Below, piece after piece: positions 11,931 to 20,975 of a stretch of DNA of 37,919 nt. The stretch lies in sequence record DRR723986_8468, one strand, 5' to 3'. Every line of letters starts with the position of its first letter. The stretch's first letter is position 1. The notes under the pieces were generated by a model, which did no database searches, was not told where the DNA came from, and saw nothing but the letters and a program-made list of their open reading frames with translations. A program made the position numbers and the translations under genes.

Positions 11931-12764
11931 ATGATCAAGAAGATGCTCCGGCTTTGTATCTTCTGCGGACTCCTGACCTTGTCCACGTTTCCAGAGCTTG
12001 CAGCTCAACGGGAGTCATCTCCTATTAAACCTGCTGCTCAACCCCCGCGTATATACGTTGGTCCCATCGTTGGATTCAACCAGAATTTCCACAGTGGTGG
12101 ATTTACGTCATTCGTCGAGGATGTGACTTGCCCGAACTTTCGTTCAGGTAATGCAACGGGTTTTTACGTGGGCGGCAGTTTCGAGTATTTACTCGGAGAT
12201 CCAACAGATGCACGTTCATCCCTTCTGGCTCGGTTAACGTACGACACGCGCCCAGCTTCGTTTGAAGAAGAAGACACCGAATATCCGGTGCTTGTAACTA
12301 CCCCGGATGATCCGAATGGTACAGTTATTTTCCCAGTCGTAAATCACGCTGCCGAGATTGATTATAACATGATCAACCTCGACATCATGTACAAGCTTAT
12401 GATCGGCAACACGCGCGTCGGTATCATGGTTGGTCCAGCTGTTGGACTCGTTATGGACGCCAACGTCGAGCAGAAGTTCAATCTTGTCTCCCCACTTGAA
12501 GCACAATTCAAGCCGGATGACTCGAAACCGGAATTCAGGTACGAAGATGAAAATCGTACGATCGTCATTCGTGACGGTGAAGTTCCAGATGCTGCCGGCA
12601 TACGCGTAGGCGTAAAAATCGGTGCATTGTACGAACTCTCGCTCGCACGTTTTATCGTGGTTCCTCACGTAATCTATGACTTCGGTCTGACGAAAGTTAC
12701 TAGCAATGAGGACTGGCGCGTAAATGCTTTCCAAGCTGGCGTCGATGTTCGCTTTGCGCTTTAA
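11931..12764 (+). CDS. Outer membrane beta-barrel protein (PorT/OmpA-barrel-like)
   Basis: Signal peptide, amphipathic beta strands, C-terminal FQAGVDVRFAL resembling a BAM signal; begins 9 nt after the T9SS cargo gene with an AGGA SD. Confidence 0.75.
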   Translation: MIKKMLRLCIFCGLLTLSTFPELAAQRESSPIKPAAQPPRIYVGPIVGFNQNFHSGGFTSFVEDVTCPNFRSGNATGFYVGGSFEYLLGDPTDARSSLLARLTYDTRPASFEEEDTEYPVLVTTPDDPNGTVIFPVVNHAAEIDYNMINLDIMYKLMIGNTRVGIMVGPAVGLVMDANVEQKFNLVSPLEAQFKPDDSKPEFRYEDENRTIVIRDGEVPDAAGIRVGVKIGALYELSLARFIVVPHVIYDFGLTKVTSNEDWRVNAFQAGVDVRFAL

Positions 12765-12854
12765 TGCCAAAACTCAAGTGAATTACCTGCCGTCTGGCGC
12801 AAGCCATTCCAGCGTTCACACATAGTTTTGTCACGCGAGTACCGCAAGGATTAC

Positions 12855-12884
12855 ACGCCCGCCCCCCTCAGGCGGGCGTTTTTT
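12855..12884 (+). terminator. Intrinsic terminator
   Basis: ACGCCCGCC-ccc ctca loop-GGCGGGCGT followed by TTTTT, 90 nt after the barrel gene stop. Confidence 0.9.
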
Positions 12885-13387
12885 GTGCCCTAAATTTTCG
12901 TCTGGTCAGTTTTTTCGCCACGCCCAATCATCACGTCACAAAAACAGGCTGAGAATCAGAAATGATGTAGGCCTGGAGCAGCACCCTCACATCATCAAAA
13001 AGGCCGGCACTACTCGCCTCCCTAACTGCGGCTGCTGATCAATTGATTACATTCCCCTAACGCACTCCCTTTTTACGGCCGATTGCAGCTCAGCGGCCCC
13101 TGGTAGGCTTTGGCAGGATTTTCACGAATTGATTCTTTAGGCTCATGTGTTCTACGCGGAATTGGGGCTGTAAACCTGTGCATCAGCGACAAACAAGATG
13201 GTTATGGCTGCGCCCGCAAAGGGCAAGCAGCTCAAAGTGACTACAATTCTGGATTTTTTGGACCTGCCGACAAGATTCGCCAAATGTTGCATCCTCAAGC
13301 CTGGCGGGCAATTTTAAGGAAATGCGAGCTGGGCTTTTCTTATTTTAGCGTTTTGCACGGCGAGCCGAATTTTGGGAGTAGAATACG

Positions 13388-13894
13388 ATGCAGCAAATGT
13401 GGAGCCCCTGGCGCTCACAATATATCCAGTCGTTTAAGGATGAGGGCGAAAAACCGGCGTGTTTTTTGTGTGCCGCGAACGAAGCCGAAGACCGCGATCA
13501 GGAAAACCTGGTGCTGCACCGCCGCGAACGCTGCCTTGTGATTATGAATCGCTACCCCTACAACAGCGGGCACTTGATGGTTGTGCCGCGCCAACACCAG
13601 GGTGAACTTAACGCGCTGGATGCGGAAACACTTACGGAAATCATGTTAACAATTCGCGATACGGACCAGGTGCTGCGCGAAGTGTTTAAACCACATGGAA
13701 TGAACATTGGCGCCAATCTGGGCCAGGCGGCCGGAGCGGGACTGCCGGACCACATTCACTTCCACCTGGTGCCACGCTGGAATGGCGACACGAATTTTAT
13801 GCCCGTCTTTGCCGATGTTAAAGTCGCGTCCGAGTCTTTGGAGGACAGTTGGAAAAAAATTCACGAAACATTTGAGCGCCGGCATGGCCGATAA
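13388..13894 (+). CDS. HIT-family nucleotide hydrolase (Ap4A phosphorylase/hydrolase, Rv2613c-like)
   Basis: Histidine triad HIHFH, CFLC Zn site, NRYPYNSGHLM, N-terminal WSPWRSQY, VPRWNGDTNFM; GGGAG SD. Confidence 0.92.
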   Translation: MQQMWSPWRSQYIQSFKDEGEKPACFLCAANEAEDRDQENLVLHRRERCLVIMNRYPYNSGHLMVVPRQHQGELNALDAETLTEIMLTIRDTDQVLREVFKPHGMNIGANLGQAAGAGLPDHIHFHLVPRWNGDTNFMPVFADVKVASESLEDSWKKIHETFERRHGR

Positions 13895-14780
13895 ACCAGG
13901 CAAACACATTCAGGCGCGTAAATCGCTTGGGCAGAATTTTCTAGTCGATCGTAATATTGCACGTAAAATCGTGGCGGCCCTGGACTTAAACGATGGTGAC
14001 CAGGTCCTCGAAATTGGACCGGGTGAAGGCGCACTGAGCAAGTTGATTCTGCAGCAAAAAGGTGTGCAGTTAAACGCAATTGAGATTGACAGGCGCGCCG
14101 TAGAACTGCTGCAGGAAATCATCCCGGCCAAACGTTTTCCGCAGTTTAACCTGCACGAAGGTGATGCGCTCCAAATTGATTGGAGCCGGCTTTTAACAAC
14201 TGCACAAAATGCCGAGGCTGCAGCGCCCGGCAACTACAAGCTGGTGGGCAACATCCCCTACTATATCACTGGGCCGCTGCTGTTCCGCGCATTAGACCAG
14301 GCCGAAATTCTGGACCGCGCCGTGATTATGATGCAGCGCGAAGTTGCCAAACGCATAGTTGCTCCACCGCGCAGCAAAGACTATGGCATTTTAACAATTT
14401 CAACGGCACTACGCGGCAAAGCCAAACTGCTGTTTGATGTCTCCCCCGGATGTTTTGTGCCGCGCCCCAACGTGCGTTCGGCAGTTGTACGCTTTGACTT
14501 CAGCGAAGAGCCGCTCTGCGGACCGGAAGCCTATAAACGCATCAAAAAGCTCGTGGACGCGGCATTTAACCAACGGCGCAAGATGCTGTCCAACGCACTG
14601 GAGCGTTACATCCCCAGCCGCTGCGGCATTAACATTCGCGATATAAACACCGAAGCCGCCGGTTATTTTGCAGCCGTCCTCAAAAAACGTGCCGAAGAGT
14701 TAACTCCCACAGACTTTATTGAGCTGGACGCAGAGATCAGCAAGCTCGGACAGAACCGCGCAACAAATGACGATGTTTAA
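13884..14780 (+). CDS. rsmA: 16S rRNA m6,2A1518/1519 dimethyltransferase RsmA/KsgA
   Basis: KSLGQNFL, LEIGPGEG, EID, GNIPYYIT, QREVA, F.PRPNVRS, QRRKML, RAEEL. Start set at ATG 13884, overlapping the HIT gene end. Confidence 0.96.
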   Translation: MADKPGKHIQARKSLGQNFLVDRNIARKIVAALDLNDGDQVLEIGPGEGALSKLILQQKGVQLNAIEIDRRAVELLQEIIPAKRFPQFNLHEGDALQIDWSRLLTTAQNAEAAAPGNYKLVGNIPYYITGPLLFRALDQAEILDRAVIMMQREVAKRIVAPPRSKDYGILTISTALRGKAKLLFDVSPGCFVPRPNVRSAVVRFDFSEEPLCGPEAYKRIKKLVDAAFNQRRKMLSNALERYIPSRCGINIRDINTEAAGYFAAVLKKRAEELTPTDFIELDAEISKLGQNRATNDDV

Positions 14781-15441
14781 GTTTTTTCTGACAGCGGCGT
14801 TCAGCCTGGCGTGCTTTGGTGCAATTGCCTGCAGCAGCAGCTCGGAACGCACCAGCCTGGCGCAGCTTCTGTATCCAGGCATCACGCGCGACGTCCCCAA
14901 GATGTTTTACTTTATCCGCGAGGAGTTAAACACAGCGGCGGCAGTGTCAACACAGGACTCACTCTCCAGGATCGAGGTTTCACGTAACAACGTTGACCGG
15001 ATATACGCACGCGCTCTGGAAGTGGCCGCAGGTGATCATCTGCGTGCTTGTGCACTCGCGGGACTGGGATGTTTAACACACCGCAAGATTCCACTGCGAT
15101 TTGGCCCGGACCTGCCTTTAACATTTGAAAGCGACAGCACACATTTGCTGCGCTTGCAACAGATTCCGGCCGACCTGTTTAAAGACACTCCAGCACATGG
15201 CGATGCCGACAAATTACAGCACTTTTTCCTTTCGGCCTATCTGGCTCTGCGCAGCGACAGCCCGACGCTGGCCAATTTTAGCGGTCAGCTTATTGAGGGC
15301 GGTGAGTCCTTGTTGATCAACGAGCAGGAGAACGACGCGCGCGACCTGGCAGCCAATGCACTCGGCCGCAAATTTGCACGCGCCTTGCAGATGAACATTG
15401 ATACACAACCTTCAGAGATTTTGCGCCTGGCGGATGATTAA
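14767..15441 (+). CDS. Hypothetical lipoprotein with an SAA/YfiM-like DKxxH...E...DxxANxxGR helical domain
   Basis: Lipoprotein-type signal (MTM)FKFFLTAAFSLACFGAIA-C; DKLQHFF and DLAANALGR motifs; start (ATG 14767 or 14773) overlaps the rsmA stop. Confidence 0.7.
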   Translation: MTMFKFFLTAAFSLACFGAIACSSSSERTSLAQLLYPGITRDVPKMFYFIREELNTAAAVSTQDSLSRIEVSRNNVDRIYARALEVAAGDHLRACALAGLGCLTHRKIPLRFGPDLPLTFESDSTHLLRLQQIPADLFKDTPAHGDADKLQHFFLSAYLALRSDSPTLANFSGQLIEGGESLLINEQENDARDLAANALGRKFARALQMNIDTQPSEILRLADD

Positions 15442-15496
15442 CATTTTCGGCTGGAATTGTGGCTTCAATTTTCGCTTTGGGAATGTGGCTTGATTG

Positions 15497-15572
15497 CTTG
15501 AACGCTGCGCCCTCTCACTCTGTTCGCAGGCTGGCTGTTTAATCTTGTTTGTTTTTGGGTTGGACGGCTGGA
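15497..15572 (+). repeat. Dispersed intergenic repeat, copy A
   Basis: 15504-15540 matches 26216-26252 at 30/37 ungapped; 15554-15572 matches 26391-26409 at 18/19. Confidence 0.7.
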
Positions 15573-15586
15573 GTTTTTGGGGCCGT

Positions 15587-15662
15587 CTCAAGAGTTTGCG
15601 GGCGCAGGTGAGGATCCCGGCACTGCTGCCTGGATGCATTGAGGCAGGCTCAAACTCTTGAG
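15587..15662. repeat. 12-bp perfect inverted repeat enclosing an inner hairpin (possible bidirectional terminator)
   Basis: CTCAAGAGTTTG (15587-15598) / CAAACTCTTGAG (15651-15662); inner CTGCCT...AGGCAG; lies between convergent genes. Confidence 0.6.
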
Positions 15663-15839
15663 TCTGAAGTCTTAGAGACTAACAATATGAAAAAACAAGC
15701 CACGCGCTGCAAGCGGGGCGAAGTGCTCAAGCCACCCAATCCAACGTTTATTCGCTAAACAGATAAACTGAACACACTGCAGAATCTGAGACAGATCACA
15801 GAGCCGCCACAACAGCGCTATTAAACACTGAGGCGAAAG

Positions 15840-17306
15840 TTAAAAGGCGTCAGCAAAGTCTGAATTATCAAAATCAGGTGGTTCGTCGCGCGCAAATTCC
15901 GGATTCTCAAAACGCGCATAATCTTTAACAAATGCAAGTTTAACAGCCCCGACAGGACCGTTCCGTTGTTTACCGATAATAATCTCGGCCATACCCTCGG
16001 TAGGCGTGCCATCTTCAAAAGTGACAATCTCGTAGTGTTCGGGACGGTGGATAAACATCACAACGTCGGCATCCTGCTCAATCGATCCGGATTCACGCAA
16101 ATCCGATAGCATCGGGCGTTTATCGGCACGTGTTTCCACAGAACGATTTAACTGTGAAAGCGCAATAATTGGAACGTCGAGTTCCTTGGCAATTTGTTTA
16201 AGTGTCCGCGAAATCATCGAAATTTCACGTTCGCGACTCTCGGCTTTGGGGACGTGCAGCAGCTGGAGGTAGTCAATAATGATTAAACCGATATCGTGCT
16301 CGGACTTAAGACGTCGGCACTTGGCGCGCAGTTCCATTACGGAGAGGTAGGCGCTGTCATCGATATACATTTTAGAATCGGCGAGCACACCAATTTTATT
16401 CGCCAGCTTGGGCAGGTCCATTTCCTTCAGGCGGCCGGTGCGAATACTCTGGGCGTTAACACGCGCCTCGGAACTTAACAAACGAATAACGAGCTGTGCG
16501 GCGGCCATCTCCACCGAGAACACGGCTACGGGAACTTTGGCACCAACACAAACATTACGCGCCATCGAAAGTGCAAACGCAGTTTTACCCATTGAAGGAC
16601 GGGCGGCCAGGATCAGAAGGTCAGACTTCTGCAAACCACCGAGCATGTCATCCAGCTTGGTATATCCGGTTGGGATTCCGCTGACGCCGTTGTCCTGGCC
16701 CTCGCGATCGGAGAGCTGCACAATCATTTCAAATGTTTCTTTGGCCAGGCGTTTCATTGGCGCAAACGAGGTGTTAAGTCGTTTTTCACCGAGTTCAAAG
16801 ATTTTACCTTCGGCAAAATCAATTTCTTCAAGCGCATCGGAAGCAACGCTGTATGAGCGCTCCATGATTTCAGCAGCGGAGTGAATCAGTTCGCGTTTCA
16901 GGTAGTGTTCCTGAACGATGCGCGCATATTTTTCAACGTTGGCCGACGTGGGTGTACGCGCGTTAAGTTCGGCGATGTAATAGGTTCCGCCGAGGTCTTC
17001 GAGCAGTTCCTGTTTGCGCAATTCTTCGCTAAGTGTAACGAAATCGATGGTAATACTCTTATCGAACATGTCCATCATCGTTTCAAAGATGATGCGGTGG
17101 CCGGTTTTATAAAACGCGTCCGGTTCCAGAATTTCGATAACTTTACTAAGCGCACGTTTATCGAGCATGATAGCGCCGAGCACCGCCATCTCAGCATCTT
17201 CCGAGTGCGGTGGCACGCGCTCGTTTGACATTGGAAGATTAACAATATTGGCTCCGCGTTCATTACGCGATCCAGATTGTTTGCCTTTGCTGCTGCTTTG
17301 CGCCAC
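15840..17306 (-). CDS. dnaB: Replicative DNA helicase DnaB
   Basis: PPHSEDAEMAVLG, Walker A AARPSMGKT, FSVEM, IIDYLQL, LSQLNR, DLRESGSIEQDAD, KQRNGP; no intein. Likely start is GTG 17306, because the ORF-track TTG at 17393 overlaps the promoter element. Confidence 0.97.
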   Translation of the reverse strand: MAQSSSKGKQSGSRNERGANIVNLPMSNERVPPHSEDAEMAVLGAIMLDKRALSKVIEILEPDAFYKTGHRIIFETMMDMFDKSITIDFVTLSEELRKQELLEDLGGTYYIAELNARTPTSANVEKYARIVQEHYLKRELIHSAAEIMERSYSVASDALEEIDFAEGKIFELGEKRLNTSFAPMKRLAKETFEMIVQLSDREGQDNGVSGIPTGYTKLDDMLGGLQKSDLLILAARPSMGKTAFALSMARNVCVGAKVPVAVFSVEMAAAQLVIRLLSSEARVNAQSIRTGRLKEMDLPKLANKIGVLADSKMYIDDSAYLSVMELRAKCRRLKSEHDIGLIIIDYLQLLHVPKAESREREISMISRTLKQIAKELDVPIIALSQLNRSVETRADKRPMLSDLRESGSIEQDADVVMFIHRPEHYEIVTFEDGTPTEGMAEIIIGKQRNGPVGAVKLAFVKDYARFENPEFARDEPPDFDNSDFADAF

Positions 17307-17390
17307 TTTTAAATCCGTTTTTGTTTGTGCGTTCGTTAGTAATGTCGGAGCCGCGGAATTACGCGGAAAATTTTCGGTCGCCGCACAGGG

Positions 17391-17398
17391 CAAAGATA
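17391..17398 (-). promoter_or_regulatory. Putative housekeeping promoter element TATCTTTG for dnaB
   Basis: Exact match to the Bacteroidota-type TAnnTTTG -7 consensus (also TAnnnT), about 85 nt upstream of the likely dnaB start. Confidence 0.5.
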
Positions 17399-17568
17399 CA
17401 AGAAATTTGGCTGCAACCGTCTATTTGGTCAATTAATCCTGTGCCTTTGCACATTAATAGCGGCAGGCCGCAGCATGGGGGATTGATTCCTGCAGCAGAC
17501 TTGATTAATTTGTTTTTGTACCGCAGCGATTTTGCGGCAAATTTACTCATCAACCATGGCTGGACTCT

Positions 17569-18870
17569 TTGATAGAATCTACTGAAAAACCCCGTGAAAG
17601 AGCCGTCGCAATTGCTTTAGTCAGCGGCGGAAAGTCACGTTCCCTAGTTATTGAACATCTGGACGAGTTGGCATTTCTGGCGGAAACTGCAGGCGCAGAT
17701 GTAATTGAGCGCATTGTACAGGAGCTGCCCAAACCGAATTCATCTACTTATATCGGCAGTGGTAAGGTTGAAGAAGTCAAAGAATTCATTGAGGCTGAAG
17801 ATATTCAGCTGGCACTGTTTGACGATGACCTGACTCCGGCACAAGTCAAGAATCTTGAAAATGAACTACAAATAAAGGTAGTAGACCGCAGCGGGATTAT
17901 CCTGGACATTTTTGCGGCACATGCGCGCAGTAATGAAGCCAAAACACAAGTGGAGCTGGCACAGCTGGAATACCTCCTGCCGCGCCTGAGCCGCATGTGG
18001 ACGCACCTTTCCAAACAGGTGGGTGGAATTGGCATGAAAGGGCCTGGAGAAACCCAGATTGAAACTGACCGCCGTTTGATCCGCCGCCGCATCACACTCC
18101 TGAAAGGCAAACTGGATAAAATTGCGACCCAAAAGGCCACGCAGCGCAAAGGCCGTGAGTCGATGACGCGTTTTGCCCTGGTTGGATATACCAACGCCGG
18201 CAAGTCGAGTCTGATGAACCTGCTCTCCGCCTCCGAAGTGTATGTGCGTGACAAACTTTTTGCAACGCTGGATACGACGGTGCGCACGATTGAGTTTGAA
18301 AATGGACGTGTGGCCCTCCTCTCGGACACAGTCGGTTTTATTCGCAAACTTCCCTCACACCTGGTGGCGTCCTTCCGTTCAACTTTGGCGGAAATTGTGG
18401 AGGCGGATGTGCTGCTGCACGTGGTGGATGTTTCACATCCGGCGATGCTGGAACATATTCAGTCGGTCAACGAAACGCTCAGAGCATTAAAAGTCAGCAA
18501 GAAACCAACGGTGATGGTCTATAATAAGATCGACTGCCTGGAATCTGTTGAGGAAATGCGCGAGTTGATGTTGGAGCTGGAGCAGGGCATTGCCGTTTCG
18601 GCGCATCGCGGCATAAATATCAGCGGCCTGAGCGCGCATATGCTCGAGATTGCCGAGCGCAATATTGAGACGGTTCTGTTGGCTTACCCCTACAGTGAGA
18701 TGCGTTCGGTGGCGCAGGCATATGAGCTGGCCGACGTAGTTGAGCGACGCGAGCTGGAAACCGGCATCTACCTGACGGCGCGGATCGACAAGCGGCATCT
18801 GCCGCAAATCAGCCAATGGCTGGGTGAACCGCCGCCGGAAGAAGCTGAGACGACGGAAGAATCTGAGTAA
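17569..18870 (+). CDS. hflX: GTPase HflX
   Basis: ILDIFA, QVELAQLEYLLPRL, GPGETQIETDRR, G1 GYTNAGKSS, LFATLDTT, G3 DTVGFI, G4 NKID; TTG start. Confidence 0.97.
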   Translation: MIESTEKPRERAVAIALVSGGKSRSLVIEHLDELAFLAETAGADVIERIVQELPKPNSSTYIGSGKVEEVKEFIEAEDIQLALFDDDLTPAQVKNLENELQIKVVDRSGIILDIFAAHARSNEAKTQVELAQLEYLLPRLSRMWTHLSKQVGGIGMKGPGETQIETDRRLIRRRITLLKGKLDKIATQKATQRKGRESMTRFALVGYTNAGKSSLMNLLSASEVYVRDKLFATLDTTVRTIEFENGRVALLSDTVGFIRKLPSHLVASFRSTLAEIVEADVLLHVVDVSHPAMLEHIQSVNETLRALKVSKKPTVMVYNKIDCLESVEEMRELMLELEQGIAVSAHRGINISGLSAHMLEIAERNIETVLLAYPYSEMRSVAQAYELADVVERRELETGIYLTARIDKRHLPQISQWLGEPPPEEAETTEESE

Positions 18871-18989
18871 AAATGCGGCTGTGAATTTCAAAATCGGCCT
18901 CAATTTTGTAGATTTCGATTTGGTATTGCGTGTGGCGCGTCTGCACGCTGGCGATGCAGACAGTTATCACGATTGGAACAACAACTCTC

Positions 18990-19154
18990 ATGTTCATCAT
19001 AAACCTGATTATTATCGCCGTCTTTGTGTTTTGTTTTTCGATTTTCCTGGTTGTCCTCGCCGGGGAAACACACTTCCTTGTAAGTGTGGGCACTGCTGTT
19101 GTGGTATTTGGTGTGATCATCAAATGGCTGCAGCACACTCTGACGCGATACTAA
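18990..19154 (+). CDS. Small two-TM membrane protein (about 54 aa; alternative ATG 18954)
   Basis: MFIINLIIIAVFVFCFSIFLVVLA and FLVSVGTAVVVFGVIIKW are two hydrophobic helices; fills the gap after hflX on the same strand. Confidence 0.5.
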   Translation: MFIINLIIIAVFVFCFSIFLVVLAGETHFLVSVGTAVVVFGVIIKWLQHTLTRY

Positions 19155-19284
19155 GCGCGGCGACCTGGCTTTTAATACGGCGCGTGACTATCCCGCGCGC
19201 CGCCTGATTCGGCACGTACGCACTTGGTACCAATGCCTTCCTCCTCTCCTTATAGAATTCCAAGCTGAATTCATTGAACATTCT

Positions 19285-19863
19285 ATGAAACAGTCCTCGG
19301 ACCATCAGGCACGTTTGCACAAACTGGGCGACGCGCATTTGGTAGCGGAACTGGTGCGTTTAATGCTCGACGCAGAAGCCGCTGAACTTCCGCTGGATGC
19401 ACCTGCGTATGCGGAGCTGCGCCGGCGTGACTTCAGTGCTGAAGACATTGCGCTGGAAACCGGCAACCTGGTCAACATCGCACGCGGAGGCAGCCCGGTA
19501 GCTACCCGAACCCGCTTCAAACTGTTGCGCAATTTGCGCCGCATTAAACAGGTGGCATTAGCTGCGGCTGTCGTCTCGGTGCTGCTGTTTGCCATCGTAT
19601 TTAGCGGTCAGATGGAAGACGACAGAGCATATCCGATTTTGGGCGGTGTCGCCTTTACAAGCATGTTGTTGGCATTCCTGGCGTATTCACGCCTGTCGAT
19701 TACGCGCCTGAGGCTCTCGCAGCACGAAAGTGATCAAGAGCAGCTTGAAGCCGAAAGAATTGAAGCCAGAAAACAAGCAGCGCGTGACAGCCAAGCCGGA
19801 GACGCCGCAGCGGCAGAGAACCTAGCGAATAAGAACTCATCGAATAATGGTACAAGCGCATAA
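19285..19863 (+). CDS. Hypothetical membrane protein (2 TM, C-terminal coiled/low-complexity tail)
   Basis: 192-aa ORF with two hydrophobic segments; its stop abuts the next start (TAA GTG). Confidence 0.7.
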   Translation: MKQSSDHQARLHKLGDAHLVAELVRLMLDAEAAELPLDAPAYAELRRRDFSAEDIALETGNLVNIARGGSPVATRTRFKLLRNLRRIKQVALAAAVVSVLLFAIVFSGQMEDDRAYPILGGVAFTSMLLAFLAYSRLSITRLRLSQHESDQEQLEAERIEARKQAARDSQAGDAAAAENLANKNSSNNGTSA

Positions 19864-20832
19864 GTGAGTCGGGAGCCAGCAAATATCGTGTTCCCCGCAG
19901 CCCTGCCGCAGCAAGCGCGCATAGGGATTGTTACGCCTGCCGGCCATCTGAGCAATCGCGCCAGAATGGAACAGGCACAGAAATATCTGGAAAGCCGCGG
20001 ACATCAGGTGCATTATGGCGCGCATTTTAATGGCCGGCACCTGGAATACCTGGCCGGCAGTGATGCGGAACGGCGCACGGACTTGCTCGATATGTTTGCC
20101 GATGATTCAATCGATGCTATTTTCTGCGCGCGCGGCGGCTATGGCGTTACGCGCCTGCTGCGCGGCTTTGACTTTGACGTGGTGCGCGCCAACCCCAAGA
20201 TTTTGCTGGGTTTTTCGGACATTACCGCCTTAAACGCGGCGCTCTTTACAGAATGTGGCCTCGTGTCATTTTCGGGTTCCCTGGCGGCGATTGATCTGGG
20301 TGCTGAGGAAAGTGCCGATCCGCTGACGGAACGCAGCCTGTGGGCCGCGCTACATGGCGGCGAGTTGCGCAATGTGGATGTGCAGACGGAAGCACTCGCA
20401 AGTTTGTACGGTGGGCGCGCCAGCGGCCGGCTGATCTGTGGGACTCTGAGTCTCTTCGCCAGTTTGTGCGGCACTCCCTGGTTTCCGGACATGCGCGGCA
20501 AGGTGATTCTGCTGGAAGATGTTGGCGAGCAACCATATGCGGTAGACCGCATGCTCTGTCAGTTGTTTAATTCAGGCGCATTTGACAATGCTGCGGGGCT
20601 GGCATTCGGCGCATTTACGGGCGTGGCGGCACAGCCGCGGCCTGCAGCAACGGCGCAACCGCCGATGATGCAGACCTTGAATGACTGGGCGGCTCGACTG
20701 CAACTGCCCTGCGTGCATGGCGTGCAGTACGGCCATATCCGCTCCAAGCTGACACTTCCCTTTGGCGCAGCTGTTGAGCTCAACGCCGATGAATGCAAAC
20801 TGCGACTGCTGGAACATGGTGTTCGCAGCTAA
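19864..20832 (+). CDS. LD-carboxypeptidase (peptidase S66, muramoyltetrapeptide carboxypeptidase)
   Basis: YLAGSD..R, ARGGYG, catalytic GFSDIT (Ser), LEDVGE (Glu), YGH (His), LPFG. Confidence 0.93.
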   Translation: MSREPANIVFPAALPQQARIGIVTPAGHLSNRARMEQAQKYLESRGHQVHYGAHFNGRHLEYLAGSDAERRTDLLDMFADDSIDAIFCARGGYGVTRLLRGFDFDVVRANPKILLGFSDITALNAALFTECGLVSFSGSLAAIDLGAEESADPLTERSLWAALHGGELRNVDVQTEALASLYGGRASGRLICGTLSLFASLCGTPWFPDMRGKVILLEDVGEQPYAVDRMLCQLFNSGAFDNAAGLAFGAFTGVAAQPRPAATAQPPMMQTLNDWAARLQLPCVHGVQYGHIRSKLTLPFGAAVELNADECKLRLLEHGVRS

Positions 20833-20975
20833 ACTGTTTGTTCACGACCGTTCCTCTCACCGGGTTCGCGAACAGACACCTGGTCAGGCCGACCACTGAA
20901 AAATTTTCCATTCGAATACTCTTTGAAAATGGCAATGTCATTATGGCAGGGTCTAGCCTAAATCCGGTTACACTT

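Noticed and set aside
13164-13190. GGGGCTGTAAA as a tmRNA 5' end (and CAGCTCCAC at 37321 as a 3' end)
   Set aside because: No GGnTTCGAC after the first, no T-arm before the second, and they are 24 kb apart.
13110-13541. 143-aa ORF (and the 112-aa ORF at 7655-7993) filling intergenic gaps
   Set aside because: TTG starts, out-of-frame overlap with real genes, Cys/Arg-rich atypical composition.
17383-17398. GCACAGGGCAAA resembling a c-di-GMP-I riboswitch
   Set aside because: No GAAA-loop P2 or GCAAAGC/P3; better explained as the minus-strand TATCTTTG promoter element.
20793-20975. ORF-track N-terminal extensions of the amidohydrolase, rsmA, dnaB, DUF4287 and lipoprotein genes
   Set aside because: They overlap neighbouring genes or promoter elements; downstream starts give proper signal peptides, SD motifs or family N-termini.
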